This document shows, piece after piece, positions 17,100 through 29,085 of a stretch of 64,000 bases of DNA. Under the pieces are notes generated by a model, which did no database searches, was not told where the DNA came from, and worked only from the letters and a program-made list of their open reading frames with translations. The stretch's first letter is position 1. Every line of letters begins with the position of its first letter. The translations under genes were made by a program, and so were the position numbers. The stretch comes from a phage: assembly GCA_027337125.1 (NCBI GenBank), contig GCA_027337125.1_3057.1. The stretch is one strand, 5' to 3'.

Positions 17100-18904
17100 T
17101 ATGCAATCCTTATCCAACGGTATACAGTAATAGACGGTTGAATATTACTAATATTAGCAGGAGGAGTATGTGAAGAGTTTGTTGTTGCATAGTCTTCACG
17201 ATATTTTGTATATATAGGACCAGTTTCATCTGGGTCATATTGGCAACCCCCAATAATAACCGATCCATTTTCGTCTTCAATTAAAACTCTTTCGTCGGTT
17301 TTAGTCGCAGGAAGATTTGCGTTTTCAAGTGTCACCGTTGTTGTTCCAACCGTTCCACCGGCAGTATGTGAAGGATTTCCGCTAGAATCTAAATCATTAT
17401 TGTTTAAAGCAAAGTTTGGATCCGTAACATCATCATTCCATCCTACTAAAACTTGTCCTTTACCAAATAATTTCCATGAACCAAATCCCATATAAGTCAC
17501 CGGATTATTTGGATTTATAGCATTTTCATAAATTGAACCTACAGGATAAATGCTATCGAAAATAGATGATATTGAATTATACGTTCTAGTATAAGAATCA
17601 ACTTTTTCAACATTTGGCCAACCGATTTTATCAAAATCTGTTAAGGCCACATCACCAGTAACTTCAGTAGATGATCCTTTACTAACATAACGGTCATCCG
17701 TTAATTCAATAATGTCATCTTTTTCTAAAAGAGTTCCTAAATCATTATTGAACCACGTTATAACGATTATATCGCCTGATTCAAATTTTCTATCAAATAA
17801 AAGACTGATAGGTTTTCCATCTTCATATTCTATAGAATAATCTGTGTTTGATTCTTTCCATTCGCCACCAAGAGATATACATCCTTCTTGCGTATCTGAA
17901 TTAGCGCCTTCACACAAAAACAGAGGATATCCAGCGGTTCCAGCCTGCTGCTGTAAAATTCCATTAAAACGAACCTCAAGAGAATTAGGATTAATGGGTT
18001 CACCAGGAATTAATCCAAATGCAGAAAATGGAATTGATTTCATCGCCGATAAATCAGTAACATAAATGCTTCCTTCTAAAGAAGTCTTTGATGTTAGTTT
18101 TGAATCCAGTACTTTTATTTGGCGTCTTGTATATGAACTTCTCCATTGTGATACACCATCCATAAATGTTTCAATTTGAACGGTGTCACCAATATTACAA
18201 GGCTGTCTTAATCGAATATTAAATCCATCAAGAGGAACTAATTCGCCTTCATTTTCGCCCGGAGAGCCAAAGTCACTGTTTTCGCTAAATACATCACCGT
18301 AATACAATTCGTTACCACGATGTTTTACTCTGATGTTATTGACATTATAACTAGTTCCATTGAAAACATCTAAAAAGTCTGTTTGCCCTTGAACTTCAAC
18401 TAAAAATTCTTTGCGAGCTACATTACTAATGTCTGAACTAATAATTTTATCAATTTGCTTATTTTTGACATACTCCCAGCGTCCTGGAGCGCAATAAACG
18501 AGCTCTAAATCACTAAATTGAATATTAATTTCAACTGATGATGACGACCCTTTAATTGTATCTCCGGAAGCAGCTACTAGTGTAACTGGATTGATGTTCC
18601 ACGTTGCAAATACATCCCTGGCTCTAATTACCTTGTTGTAATCATTGACAGTTCCTTTAGGAAGTTGTAGAGTTACTCTTCCAGAAGAGGTATTAATAGC
18701 GTATGATTTTCCCCATTCTGCCGTTAGTGTTTGACCAGATGAAGCATCATAAGTTTTCCAGGCACCGGCTGAATATGGAACATCTCCATCACCAAGTTCA
18801 TAATAAAGCTCATCAAAGTTTTCATTTATTTTTATACCACCTTTACGCAGGTAGTCACCGGTACCATCATCAACAACATTACCGATATTAATATTTTGTT
18901 TCAT
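17099..18904 (-). CDS. 10: Baseplate wedge protein gp10
   Basis: 601 aa; size and synteny with T4 gp10. Confidence 0.92.
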   Translation of the reverse strand: MKQNINIGNVVDDGTGDYLRKGGIKINENFDELYYELGDGDVPYSAGAWKTYDASSGQTLTAEWGKSYAINTSSGRVTLQLPKGTVNDYNKVIRARDVFATWNINPVTLVAASGDTIKGSSSSVEINIQFSDLELVYCAPGRWEYVKNKQIDKIISSDISNVARKEFLVEVQGQTDFLDVFNGTSYNVNNIRVKHRGNELYYGDVFSENSDFGSPGENEGELVPLDGFNIRLRQPCNIGDTVQIETFMDGVSQWRSSYTRRQIKVLDSKLTSKTSLEGSIYVTDLSAMKSIPFSAFGLIPGEPINPNSLEVRFNGILQQQAGTAGYPLFLCEGANSDTQEGCISLGGEWKESNTDYSIEYEDGKPISLLFDRKFESGDIIVITWFNNDLGTLLEKDDIIELTDDRYVSKGSSTEVTGDVALTDFDKIGWPNVEKVDSYTRTYNSISSIFDSIYPVGSIYENAINPNNPVTYMGFGSWKLFGKGQVLVGWNDDVTDPNFALNNNDLDSSGNPSHTAGGTVGTTTVTLENANLPATKTDERVLIEDENGSVIIGGCQYDPDETGPIYTKYREDYATTNSSHTPPANISNIQPSITVYRWIRIA

Positions 18905-19770
18905 TATTGAGCCACCCCGATTTTCTGCGTAGCGATAACTTTAACTGCTGCTCTCATACCGACAGTTGAAGAACTTATAGTCGCCGTTACATAATTTTCT
19001 TTAATACTAAATGCAATATTAGCGATTTCGTCTTCTTCGGTTTCATTCCCAACCCGCATGACAGCATATTCAGAAGAAATGACCGTTGAATTAACAGTAT
19101 CTACAAGAATATTTATTTCTGCTGTTTTAATTTTTCTTCCATCTACTGATTGGCATGTAACTAACAATTTAGCCATGTTATATTCAGTACGATGAAATAA
19201 TGGAATGTCAACTGACCCAGATGTAGAAATATTCCATGTACCTTCGACCGGTGATTCCTTTTGGCCAAACATACTTTCAATAGAATAATTCCAAACTGAC
19301 GTAGAATTATCAGATGAAATACAACGTAAAGTAACTTTACTATATGGGCTAGTTACTACCAAATTACCCGAAACACCTTTAATTGAATCAATGGCTTGAA
19401 TTGTTAAAGGATTAGTAACTGATATCGATCCGTTAGAATTAATGAATTCAACACAGTCACCGAGTTCTCCTCTTTCAATGATAACTTTAACACCTACAGT
19501 AGAGGTATCAATATCATGTCTAGTGCCAACTTTTACTGGAGTTGCGTACTCTGTGATAGAATGCTTTTGATAATATCCAGTAGCATGGATAATTTGGCCG
19601 TCAGCGCCAGTACCATTTGCTACTGCCATTTTACGCTGATCGCCAAACGCGTTATAAATTGCATTAAAATCACTATTAATTTTATTACCACCGTCGAATA
19701 AGATATCACCAGTAGAAGCGTTACCAATTTCGCCGGTATCAATCAATTTCTTTGGTTCTTGAATGAACAT
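18904..19770 (-). CDS. 9: Baseplate wedge protein gp9 (long tail fibre socket)
   Basis: 288 aa as T4 gp9. Confidence 0.92.
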   Translation of the reverse strand: MFIQEPKKLIDTGEIGNASTGDILFDGGNKINSDFNAIYNAFGDQRKMAVANGTGADGQIIHATGYYQKHSITEYATPVKVGTRHDIDTSTVGVKVIIERGELGDCVEFINSNGSISVTNPLTIQAIDSIKGVSGNLVVTSPYSKVTLRCISSDNSTSVWNYSIESMFGQKESPVEGTWNISTSGSVDIPLFHRTEYNMAKLLVTCQSVDGRKIKTAEINILVDTVNSTVISSEYAVMRVGNETEEDEIANIAFSIKENYVTATISSSTVGMRAAVKVIATQKIGVAQ

Positions 19771-19794
19771 AGCGGTTTCCTTATGAGTTTATAG

Positions 19795-19802
19795 TATTTA
19801 TA
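19795..19802 (-). promoter_or_regulatory. Late promoter TATAAATA upstream of gene 9
   Basis: Plus tatttata directly after the gp8 terminator. Confidence 0.5.
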
Positions 19803-19805
19803 AAG

Positions 19806-19828
19806 AAAAAGGGAGCCCATGGGCTCCC
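19806..19828 (-). terminator. Intrinsic terminator after gene 8 (gggagccc-atgggctccc palindrome + U5)
   Basis: Palindromic hairpin at 19811-19828 followed on the minus strand by TTTTT. Confidence 0.6.
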
Positions 19829-19833
19829 TTAAT

Positions 19834-20838
19834 TTAAAATGTAAACAGAATATTGATTTCTTCTGTTTGATCCATTGCCATAATAATAGGTGGCCTATTT
19901 TCCATATAAATCATTTCGCCCGAATGCCTCATTAAATCTTCCGGATCATAGTAATCCTTTTCAGCTTTAACGTTTGTGTCATTTGGATGAACTTTAGCTT
20001 CAAGAGGATTCGTGATTATCGATATTTGTCTAAATCCTTTATTTCCTGGCAATGCAGCTTCAGGAAAATAAACTGAATCTAAGTATGCTTTAAAACGAAT
20101 AGTATTTGCCTTAACCCGGTAAATTAATCCAAAATCATCTTGCTGCCAAGTGAGGTTATCTTCATACCCCCATCTAGTCGGATCTTCTTTTAATTCCTCA
20201 GGCCAAGGAACCACGATATATTCATTCGTGCATCTGTTTATAGATACATCAGGCGGAATCTCAAAAAGATATTCCCATACATACCCGTCTCCAGGTTCGA
20301 TTGTTCCTTCCGCGTCTCCTCGACCTTCAGGAGGAGTCATTGACCTAACAGAAGGAGTCCATTTTCCACCTAGCTTAAGGCATTCATCCTTATTAGTTAA
20401 AGACTCAATTGAGCACATTCCGGTATCAGGAACATCTAAACAACGATATACTAACCAGCCTGCGCCTGATTCGGTAGCGTTGTAAGGAGCTGAGTTACAC
20501 ACTACAATATCGTTAATTCTAAATGTGTATGGATCCGGATATCTAGTATCTCCCCAATCTCGACGAGGAATAACTGCATCAAGCATAGATGGAAGAACCT
20601 TCACGGTTCCCATCATATGAGTCCACATGTCAGTTACACCTAACACAGAATCGGTGGGATAAGGTGGGGCAAATCCCACCTCATTTTCGTTTGATGACCA
20701 CGGTTCTGATCTTCCAAATGTAATAAAGATAGTGTTTTTATCCGGACCACTTCCAATTGAATTATAAAAATTCAACATTTTTTCTGTTCTAAATTTTGAA
20801 GTAACTATCGCACGATAGATAACACTTGAATCATTCAT
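19834..20838 (-). CDS. 8: Baseplate wedge protein gp8
   Basis: 334 aa as T4 gp8. Confidence 0.92.
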   Translation of the reverse strand: MNDSSVIYRAIVTSKFRTEKMLNFYNSIGSGPDKNTIFITFGRSEPWSSNENEVGFAPPYPTDSVLGVTDMWTHMMGTVKVLPSMLDAVIPRRDWGDTRYPDPYTFRINDIVVCNSAPYNATESGAGWLVYRCLDVPDTGMCSIESLTNKDECLKLGGKWTPSVRSMTPPEGRGDAEGTIEPGDGYVWEYLFEIPPDVSINRCTNEYIVVPWPEELKEDPTRWGYEDNLTWQQDDFGLIYRVKANTIRFKAYLDSVYFPEAALPGNKGFRQISIITNPLEAKVHPNDTNVKAEKDYYDPEDLMRHSGEMIYMENRPPIIMAMDQTEEINILFTF

Positions 20839-23800
20839 CTATTTTAACCTGTGTTGGATTTTCAGGGTCTCTTGGATTTCCTATATTATCTTTTAGACGT
20901 TTATTAACTAAATCCCTAAATTGTGCAAATGTTGTTCCAGATGCATCAAATAGAGGACTCATTAATTTACGTCGTTCAGATGGCAATTGACCTTGAAATA
21001 TTGAATTATTATTTTCAGCATTATAGTCATCAGGAAGAGGATATTCTACACCAGCCATTGGGCCAGGTTCATAAATTGCTTCGCCTGTTACTGAGTCATG
21101 CTCAATTTCACCGGTTGGAGTCAATTTGGCTACTCTATCAGCATATTCAGTAGGCAATCCAGAATCCCATTTATAGTTTTTGTATTTATTAATTATAGTC
21201 TCTGTGTGTTTAAGAGTTAAACCAACATTAATAAACATTGTTAAAAGGGTAATTGCTATAAATCCAAATCCTACTGGATGAACAAAACGAATAACGTCAG
21301 ATTTCCAGCGGGAAGAAGGTAAATTGGATTTAATTTTCATTACATAATATGATCTACTTCTATTAATATAGTCTATATTATTTTGAAGCAAATCCTTTCC
21401 TTTAACCCCGCGAATAATTTCGCCTTCGAAACTAGGGAGTCTTTCTGCTTTAACTTCTTGACCGGCAATTAATCTTCCCAAAAGATTATGAATAGTTACG
21501 GTCCATTGCAATTTACCATTAGAATAGCTTCTTTCTATATAAGTAACATTACATCTTCCTGTAGCTGTATAAATCGTTTGTCCTACTAAGTCTTCGGTTA
21601 AAGAATCAGATTGAACGATTACATCATATTCAGTACCAGCTCCAGATTCAATTTCAATTTCAACTTCTTCATTATAAAGAACTTTAAAAAGAAATTTGTA
21701 TGATGCTTCAATTCCTTTAGTAGAATAAAAATCATAGCTACGTGATTCAAAAAATCTTGCAACAGCATCACGTTTATCAGCATTTAAATAAATGTTTCTT
21801 TTATATATCTCTGACCACAAATATTCCCATGCGTGCTCTTCTCGCGGATATTGGTTACGAATTAAATTTCGTAAATTATTATACTGAGTTCCATATCCAT
21901 CAGAAAGATACTGAATATATGCTTCGCAGAATGCCTCAAAATTAGAATCCTGTAGCAAATAAGAATCAGGCATCATTGTGCCAATCAATGGTCTTAAATC
22001 AGGATCAGCTAATCCATGCTCTTCTTCCGGGGACCAAGGAGTTTCACGCTCTTGGTTTTGTAAAAATGCTTTTAAAAATATTCCAGTTGGCTTCCAAATT
22101 ATTTCAACCGTGTCTCTCACTCGATAGTTAAAATCATAGTAAGAAATTATTTCACCAGAAGACTTATAAAAAAGCATCCCAGACGCGTATTTTTTAAATC
22201 CCGTGAATTTAACATTTGGCATTACTATCGTGCAATCACCATCATCCCAATATTCATGAACTAATCTATCTGGCGATGTTTCCGGAATATTTTCTATAAC
22301 TTTGGTGTATTTTAAATCAGCATAAACTACTACAGCTCTATCAGAGTTGTTTATCCAACAGCGTGTGTTAGATTTTTTAGACCAGTTAAAGAATGGTTCT
22401 GCATAGTATTTCATCGGCTGAGGCGTAAAAGTTTCCCAATCAGATTTTTCATCTGCTATAAATGCCATCATATGATAATGCTTATCAGCTAGCCATTCAC
22501 GAGGAAATTCATATTTAACAGCACCGATTAACTGATATTTCGCTGCAGTTTCAGGGTCATTAACAATGTTATCACTTAAAAATTTAAAATTACTCGAAGA
22601 CAGAGAAACTAATTTACCGTCAGTTGACATATTCGCATATCCAGGTTGAATACGTCTTCTTTCTTCTTCAGTGTTGCCAAAAACTCTTTTCCATGTTTTC
22701 GTGTCATGATTTAAAACATATATTCCTTTATCAGCAGAATCAATTATTTTTGATGTTCTAGGATTAGCATTTAATGTTTCAACTTCACCAATAATAAGAG
22801 CAAAAACTTTATCACCAATAGAATCCATTTTATAACATACTGCTTTAGGATTTCCGGTTATAGTCATTGTGTCAGGTTCAAAAAGTCTTTCCGAATATGT
22901 TGGAGATAATGGATCAGAATCTATAGGTGCATTACTCGTTTTTATGTATCTAACTTTATCTCTGGCAACAACATAGATATAATCATCCGTGCAAGTAATA
23001 GCCTCAGCTATACGGTATACATTCGCTGGTAAAGTTGCGTAAGTGGCAAAAATTTCTACATCAAATCCTAGATGTAATTGGTCGCCAAGTTTAGCGAATG
23101 TTATATCCTGTGAACTGAATCTGACATCATCGGCTGACCATCTAACATCAGTAGATTTACGGTCATAGAAAATCTTGTCGTATCCTAGAACGTATGTAGT
23201 GTTCGCGGATTGGTAATATACAGTCTTAGATAAAGGATATCCTACGCGGTCATTGAAGAGCTTTACAGCTTTCCAAGTTTGTCCTTTATCATTGGATACT
23301 TTAACTACGGGTTGATAGCGCTCAAAAAGATATAGAACCCCTTCTGATTCCATCAAATAAACTCGGTTAATATCCTTACATACTTGCTGAATAGAACCTT
23401 GTATTTCATGATACTCATTTTCACCAATAATAAAATTACTTATTGATGAAACATCGACATATGATGGGCTGAATTGAAACGATTCATTCATCAATGCAGC
23501 CATTATAGTGTCATTGTTAAAATTGACATAGTCAGAATTATTAAGAGTAAATTTTTCCTGAATGAATTTATTAGCTAATTGCATTTCAATCATGTTTTGA
23601 AATGTATAAGCGTTTGTAGCAAAAGTTTCAAACTCTTCAGTATAAATCCAATCAGACTGCTCAAAATCCTGCGCAGCTGTAGCTACTCTAATAATGTACG
23701 ATGTCAATGGATTAGCATTATCAAAAAAGAAGCTGTTATTTGCAGTATATCCTAAGTTAATCCATCTGTATTGATTACTCGGGAGATTTTCCCCCAAGTT

Positions 23801-23929
23801 TGTTTTTGTCTCAGCGATTTCTACAAAATAGTAGAAATTAGCACCAACGTCATCCCAGCGTACTTGCACCTGATTTGCGGATAACTTGGAAATTCTGAGA
23901 CTAGTGACTGAAGGTGCTTTTACTGTCAT
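20831..23929 (-). CDS. 7: Baseplate wedge initiator gp7
   Basis: 1032 aa as T4 gp7. Confidence 0.95.
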   Translation of the reverse strand: MTVKAPSVTSLRISKLSANQVQVRWDDVGANFYYFVEIAETKTNLGENLPSNQYRWINLGYTANNSFFFDNANPLTSYIIRVATAAQDFEQSDWIYTEEFETFATNAYTFQNMIEMQLANKFIQEKFTLNNSDYVNFNNDTIMAALMNESFQFSPSYVDVSSISNFIIGENEYHEIQGSIQQVCKDINRVYLMESEGVLYLFERYQPVVKVSNDKGQTWKAVKLFNDRVGYPLSKTVYYQSANTTYVLGYDKIFYDRKSTDVRWSADDVRFSSQDITFAKLGDQLHLGFDVEIFATYATLPANVYRIAEAITCTDDYIYVVARDKVRYIKTSNAPIDSDPLSPTYSERLFEPDTMTITGNPKAVCYKMDSIGDKVFALIIGEVETLNANPRTSKIIDSADKGIYVLNHDTKTWKRVFGNTEEERRRIQPGYANMSTDGKLVSLSSSNFKFLSDNIVNDPETAAKYQLIGAVKYEFPREWLADKHYHMMAFIADEKSDWETFTPQPMKYYAEPFFNWSKKSNTRCWINNSDRAVVVYADLKYTKVIENIPETSPDRLVHEYWDDGDCTIVMPNVKFTGFKKYASGMLFYKSSGEIISYYDFNYRVRDTVEIIWKPTGIFLKAFLQNQERETPWSPEEEHGLADPDLRPLIGTMMPDSYLLQDSNFEAFCEAYIQYLSDGYGTQYNNLRNLIRNQYPREEHAWEYLWSEIYKRNIYLNADKRDAVARFFESRSYDFYSTKGIEASYKFLFKVLYNEEVEIEIESGAGTEYDVIVQSDSLTEDLVGQTIYTATGRCNVTYIERSYSNGKLQWTVTIHNLLGRLIAGQEVKAERLPSFEGEIIRGVKGKDLLQNNIDYINRSRSYYVMKIKSNLPSSRWKSDVIRFVHPVGFGFIAITLLTMFINVGLTLKHTETIINKYKNYKWDSGLPTEYADRVAKLTPTGEIEHDSVTGEAIYEPGPMAGVEYPLPDDYNAENNNSIFQGQLPSERRKLMSPLFDASGTTFAQFRDLVNKRLKDNIGNPRDPENPTQVKIDE

Positions 23930-25908
23930 TGTGATATAGGCTCCAAATCGATAGTTAAGTATTGTGGACGTAAATCATTTTCAAATACAATCAGTGAACC
24001 ATCGCGTGTGAAAATAACATCGTCTATTGGATCAGAATATAGCTCAATAGTCTGAACCTCAAATTTATCGGATGTTAAATTAATTTTAGCGATATTCCAA
24101 TAAATCATGTCAGCTGGATAATTTATTTCACCGATAACATAGTATTTGTCACGTCCATCGGAACTTGCTAATTTATTAAAATCATTGCCTGTATATGGCT
24201 GAATGTTTTCATTTTCTGTAACATCGCCAGAAGCAAATGGACCAATAATAACTTTGCCAATTCCTTTAGAATCTCGGTCTGTTGATACTATACGAACGTC
24301 ATATAATACATCTTCTTCTAAACCAGTATCAGGATTTACAACCTTTCGTCCAGAATTAAATGAAAACGTATTAGATTCCATAGAACGATCTTTTATTTGA
24401 TTATTGTATTTAATACCAGCTTCAGGCGTTTTATAGAAGTTTTGTACTTCACGTACCATTTGAATTGTCGCGGATGAGCCAATGATAGAATGATCTGCAT
24501 CATCTACATATGTCAACATCTTAGATTTAGCGAAAGATGAGTTAAAAATTTCTACATCTTCGGTATAATAACGATCAATTTTATCAATTATTTGACCTTC
24601 TAGCCACTGTTCTGATTCTTGCAGTTTATTTAAAGCATATGTGACTTTTAAATTAGTCTTAACAAAAAGATAATTAGGAGAAATAATTGATGGTGTAATA
24701 GGAGCTAAATTATAATCTTTAAGATAATTTTTAATATCTTCACGTTGTACAGTAGTTAAATATAGTCCTGATTTAGGTTTAGCAGCAATAAATGCATAAC
24801 CGGGTTTAGTAGAATCAGTGAACGTCTGAACTGCTTGAATAATAGAACCAAATCTCTCTGAAACGAATGTATCATAGTCAGTCGCAGTTACGCAGCGTTG
24901 CTGGGTTTCGCGTTTAATAGTACCCAATTCGCGAATACGCTCAATATCTTCTGGATCGCCGCCGCCATCTGCCCCAACAAAATCTGGGTCATCATTTGGA
25001 TTTTCGTTAATATTGATGACAGTTATATTTGTTAATGTATCTGCGTATGAAAATCCGACTGCACCATTCGCATCTGCACCGTTAGTACTGATGTACTCAA
25101 TAACAATCGTAGAGTTCTGGGTAGGTTTAAGACCTCCAATATAATTAGCGGTCAATGCTCCTTCTGCCGCGTTAACAGAAATCTCACCTTCACCAAAATA
25201 AAATTCAGTATTTCCATCAATAGTTTCACGCATGTAGTAAATTGTTGATGTAGAACCAGCATGAACCATTGACTTTCTTGTCCAGTTAATCCATTCTGCT
25301 CCATCAACGTATAGTTTAACTTGGTTTCTATCTATATTTTTGTCATAAATGATAATAGGTGTTAATTTATCATAAATGATTTCAGTTCTTACTATACGTC
25401 CCTGGGCTAATTTTAAACGTGGAAAATACTGGTTATTTTTATCACGAATAGCAATAACATCTTCGGTAGAGACAAAGTTATAAGGATTAACAGAAGTATC
25501 TTTTGCATATGCTAAAAAGCGAGTACCACGAGGAATAGTAATGTAATTTCTATTCAATGCGTCTGTACAAGTTAGCATAATTTCAGTTTGAGCAGCTGAT
25601 TTTGAAGTAGGTAAATATCCATTATCTTGCGCCGCTTGAACTACTGAACTACGTAAGTTAGCAGTACGCATAAAGCTTTCATATACGGCAGCATTACCAA
25701 ACTGCTGAATGTATAATGTATTATAAGCTAAAAGGTCACACAGAACGTTTAATCTTGAGCCTTCAAAATCATAATCCAAAAATTCATTTTGGCCATTAAG
25801 CCATTCAATGAGGTTTTGTTTTATTTCAGCAAATGTGCCCCCGACGAATATCTCGGGAATAGCATTTGCTGTTCTTGTTAATTGATAATTTACAGGGGTA
25901 TTTGCCAT
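23926..25908 (-). CDS. 6: Baseplate wedge protein gp6
   Basis: 660 aa as T4 gp6. Confidence 0.95.
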   Translation of the reverse strand: MANTPVNYQLTRTANAIPEIFVGGTFAEIKQNLIEWLNGQNEFLDYDFEGSRLNVLCDLLAYNTLYIQQFGNAAVYESFMRTANLRSSVVQAAQDNGYLPTSKSAAQTEIMLTCTDALNRNYITIPRGTRFLAYAKDTSVNPYNFVSTEDVIAIRDKNNQYFPRLKLAQGRIVRTEIIYDKLTPIIIYDKNIDRNQVKLYVDGAEWINWTRKSMVHAGSTSTIYYMRETIDGNTEFYFGEGEISVNAAEGALTANYIGGLKPTQNSTIVIEYISTNGADANGAVGFSYADTLTNITVININENPNDDPDFVGADGGGDPEDIERIRELGTIKRETQQRCVTATDYDTFVSERFGSIIQAVQTFTDSTKPGYAFIAAKPKSGLYLTTVQREDIKNYLKDYNLAPITPSIISPNYLFVKTNLKVTYALNKLQESEQWLEGQIIDKIDRYYTEDVEIFNSSFAKSKMLTYVDDADHSIIGSSATIQMVREVQNFYKTPEAGIKYNNQIKDRSMESNTFSFNSGRKVVNPDTGLEEDVLYDVRIVSTDRDSKGIGKVIIGPFASGDVTENENIQPYTGNDFNKLASSDGRDKYYVIGEINYPADMIYWNIAKINLTSDKFEVQTIELYSDPIDDVIFTRDGSLIVFENDLRPQYLTIDLEPISQ

Positions 25909-25916
25909 TTTAAATC

Positions 25917-26210
25917 CTATTTAATGAATACTTTAGATGATGCCTGAGCCACAGTATCACCGCATGATATTGGATCAGCCATTTGAACAGCTTTCTTTCC
26001 AGTGACATATACCTTAGAAGTTCTAGGTTGTGTCACTCCGCCATGTGTTTCATATGGCTTTTTAATTTCTGTATGTTCTGTAATTGGATCGCCTTCTACG
26101 AGAACAGCAATTCCTCCGGTGAATACTTTACTTTGTGTAGCATTCACAACTGTTGGAGGCCATGCTTCATGGCCAGCAGTAACACACTTATCATAACTTA
26201 ATCCTGACAT
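25917..26210 (-). CDS. 5.4: gp5.4, PAAR-type spike tip protein
   Basis: 97 aa, [15 protein letters not shown]..., between gene 5 module and gene 6. Confidence 0.85.
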   Translation of the reverse strand: MSGLSYDKCVTAGHEAWPPTVVNATQSKVFTGGIAVLVEGDPITEHTEIKKPYETHGGVTQPRTSKVYVTGKKAVQMADPISCGDTVAQASSKVFIK

Positions 26211-26776
26211 TATTGCCTCTCATATACGTAGCTTCTCAATTTATTAGCCCAACGACTCCAATTTCCAACTATAGTTTTTGTGTAATTTTTAACAAGAGTT
26301 TTTCTTATTGGAGCTGGAGGATCGGTTGGATCGGTTGGTTCAGTAGTATCAGAAGATGACCTAGAATTACTGCCAGAACCTCCAGATTCACTTTGTTCTT
26401 GGTAGTCATATATTAATGTTACTTCGTAAGTGAATGTCTTCTGGAGGTTTTGAGGAGCTTTCCATAGATATAACTGAGTATTAGAATCAGTTGGAAGGTC
26501 TTCCCATGAAGCAGCAGTTTTAAATTCATCATCTAAACGATATTTCAATGCGTCATTTCCAAATCCAAACACAGATTCATACGTTCCATATAAATGATTT
26601 TCTTCTACTAAAACCCCAGGAGTTTCTTCGTAACTAGTTATATTTATAGATACTAACGTTTCACCTGTTTCTAATTGAGCGGTAAAGGTGACGTCGATAG
26701 AAGAACCTTCCATGGATTCTCCTAAATCAGCGCTCATTGGAAGTATATTAGCCAATGTCAATCCTCGATCCATCAA
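26210..26776 (-). CDS. gp5.1-like protein (function unknown)
   Basis: 188-aa ORF directly downstream of gene 5; track start is TTG with ATG as codon 2; Ser/Thr/Pro-rich C-terminal half. Confidence 0.7.
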   Translation of the reverse strand: MMDRGLTLANILPMSADLGESMEGSSIDVTFTAQLETGETLVSINITSYEETPGVLVEENHLYGTYESVFGFGNDALKYRLDDEFKTAASWEDLPTDSNTQLYLWKAPQNLQKTFTYEVTLIYDYQEQSESGGSGSNSRSSSDTTEPTDPTDPPAPIRKTLVKNYTKTIVGNWSRWANKLRSYVYERQ

Positions 26777-28475
26777 TTGTGTATTGACCAGATGAAATAG
26801 AACTCATAGATGCCATTTTTTCTGTCCAATCACCACCAACGTCCCAATCAACTGTCCCAGCAACTTTCCAAGAAAGATTTCCATTTACTGTATTAGTTTG
26901 ATTTCCTTCAACTAAAGTAGTAGCATCCCCTTTAACTGTAATGTCAGCATTACCTTCAACTACAATAGTAACATTACCTTTAACTAGGATAGTTCCATTA
27001 CCTTCAACTGTCTTAGTTTCATCGCCACGCACAAATATTGTGTTGCTTCCATCTATTTGGTGAAGACGATTATCCATGTTGTAATAAATTTCTGATCCAC
27101 CAACGTTAGTCTTTTTATCGCCGGCTACTAAAAAATTACCATCAGCATTTGTTATATCATACAAATTATCAACGGTTTTTCTTGTTCTTCTTCCTGATGG
27201 TGATACTTCCTCATACGTTCCAGTCGGATGAACTAATCTGTATCGTTCTTGTCCAGGGGTATCATCAAATTCCTGAATATGACCGCTTTCAGTTTCCATT
27301 GTGTGAACATACGGATATTCACCTTTATATGAAGAAACAGGTTCTTTGAATAAAATTCTCGAATCATTCGGAATAGGAGGATCGGCCGGGTCAGAAGACT
27401 TTGCTACAGTAGCAGCCATTGCTGACAAAGACCTAGCTGGCGTTTTAACTTCAATACCGTATGATTCCAAATTCCCGGTAAGAATAATCATGGTAACACG
27501 GGATGCACGGCCTTTTGTTTGTTGATACCACAATGAATCACGACCGGCTTTATATGCTTTTTCCCAATCTCCGGCTAACATAGCAGTTAACATTGTGTTA
27601 AATTTAGCTACGCCACCAACGCCCATTTGGAATGCCATATTTTCTAACGCCATTTGACGAGAACGATTAACTGCCTGCCAAACTGGGCCAACTTTAGAAT
27701 GTGATTTAATGTCACGTTGCATATCAGCCAAATCGCGTTCAAATAAAGTTACCGCTTCTTCCATTGTAATAGAACCTGGATTTCCGGTAATTTCACGACC
27801 AACTTGTTTTGATAAAACTTTATTAATTTGGGCCATATCACGAACTGGCTGCTTCATGATAAGATGACCAATACCAATTGTCGGATATCCTTCGGTATCC
27901 CAATAAACTTTTAGTCTTAATCCTTCATCACGGCGAAGCATTTCAGCCATTGACATATTTGGATTATCATCAGTTGGAATCTCTGATAGTGGTCTATCAT
28001 CGGGATTTATCGCAGTATCTAAATTACTATCTTGGATAATATTAGAAGACGAATCATATCCTACTTCTCCGCCTTGGTTTAATACGTTAGTATCATTTCC
28101 TAGACGTCTAGGATACTGTCCAGTTGGGTCAGAAAATCCTTCAAGTCTATTAGGTTTTTCGCGAACTATCCCACCATACGTGCCAAGGACAATTCCGTTA
28201 GTTTTCCATTTGTCTAAAAAATGACCATATACTCTAGTTCCTTCTACCGGACCAGTAACAGAACCTCCAATTCCAGACATTGCTGCAGAAGTTATAGGTT
28301 GAATAACTGACATCCATGGCAATTTATCGGTTGGAATACCCATTACGTCGCCTTGCGCTCTTTGGGGTGGATGCAGACCAACCACACGAACACGAACACG
28401 ACCTAATTTTAATGGGTCCATTCTATCTTCAACAACACCAACAAACCAGTTGAGGTTATTACTTATCATTTCCAT
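26748..28475 (-). CDS. 5: Baseplate hub and tail lysozyme gp5
   Basis: 575 aa; internal lysozyme domain YWDTEGYPTIGIGHL and C-terminal VxGxxxV beta-helix repeats. Confidence 0.95.
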   Translation of the reverse strand: MEMISNNLNWFVGVVEDRMDPLKLGRVRVRVVGLHPPQRAQGDVMGIPTDKLPWMSVIQPITSAAMSGIGGSVTGPVEGTRVYGHFLDKWKTNGIVLGTYGGIVREKPNRLEGFSDPTGQYPRRLGNDTNVLNQGGEVGYDSSSNIIQDSNLDTAINPDDRPLSEIPTDDNPNMSMAEMLRRDEGLRLKVYWDTEGYPTIGIGHLIMKQPVRDMAQINKVLSKQVGREITGNPGSITMEEAVTLFERDLADMQRDIKSHSKVGPVWQAVNRSRQMALENMAFQMGVGGVAKFNTMLTAMLAGDWEKAYKAGRDSLWYQQTKGRASRVTMIILTGNLESYGIEVKTPARSLSAMAATVAKSSDPADPPIPNDSRILFKEPVSSYKGEYPYVHTMETESGHIQEFDDTPGQERYRLVHPTGTYEEVSPSGRRTRKTVDNLYDITNADGNFLVAGDKKTNVGGSEIYYNMDNRLHQIDGSNTIFVRGDETKTVEGNGTILVKGNVTIVVEGNADITVKGDATTLVEGNQTNTVNGNLSWKVAGTVDWDVGGDWTEKMASMSSISSGQYTIDGSRIDIG

Positions 28476-29049
28476 AAGATTTCTCCATTATACGTATAAG
28501 GTCGTTCATAAATGAATTAATGTCTGATTTTGCTATTATTTTTATTTGACGAAGTTTTTCATTTTCAAGAACAGCAGCTTCATACGTATCGACCGCAGCA
28601 AGTGCTCCTTCGTATTGAGGATATTTTCTAGCTTTATCGCCTTTATCATACCAAACATATGGATTATCATCGTATGATATTAAATTATAAAATTTTTCAC
28701 CATTCTCATTCACATGATATACTATTTGGTCTCCACCTACATTTTTGTATTTTTGTATAGATGCTTGATAAGCAGCTTCTTGCGAAGTAATCCATCCATA
28801 ATACGGATCATAATTATCATTACACATCAATAAAACCCAATACAACTGCGGATTTCCATATATAGCATTTGCTAATTCTTCCGGGCGTGGTGAACCTTTA
28901 ATATAATAAGTACGTAAGCGATATCCCGCAAGAGCGCGTTTGAAATAGTCTTTATAGTTTCTAAAAATATCTGTCATAGGAATAGTCGGCGCGTTTTTAT
29001 TCACCGTTTTGGCCGCATATTCAATCGGATCAAAAAATGTAAAGAGCAT
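28459..29049 (-). CDS. 53: Baseplate wedge protein gp53
   Basis: 196 aa as T4 gp53; divergent from gene 4. Confidence 0.9.
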   Translation of the reverse strand: MLFTFFDPIEYAAKTVNKNAPTIPMTDIFRNYKDYFKRALAGYRLRTYYIKGSPRPEELANAIYGNPQLYWVLLMCNDNYDPYYGWITSQEAAYQASIQKYKNVGGDQIVYHVNENGEKFYNLISYDDNPYVWYDKGDKARKYPQYEGALAAVDTYEAAVLENEKLRQIKIIAKSDINSFMNDLIRIMEKSYGNDK

Positions 29050-29062
29050 GGGCCCTCCTGTT

Positions 29063-29070
29063 TATAAATA
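29063..29070 (+). promoter_or_regulatory. Late promoter TATAAATA for gene 4
   Basis: tataaata 27 nt upstream of the gp4 ATG. Confidence 0.5.
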
Positions 29071-29077
29071 TATTATC

Positions 29078-29085
29078 TATTTATA
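29078..29085 (-). promoter_or_regulatory. Late promoter TATAAATA for gene 53 (divergent)
   Basis: Plus tatttata 29 nt upstream of the gp53 ATG on the minus strand. Confidence 0.5.
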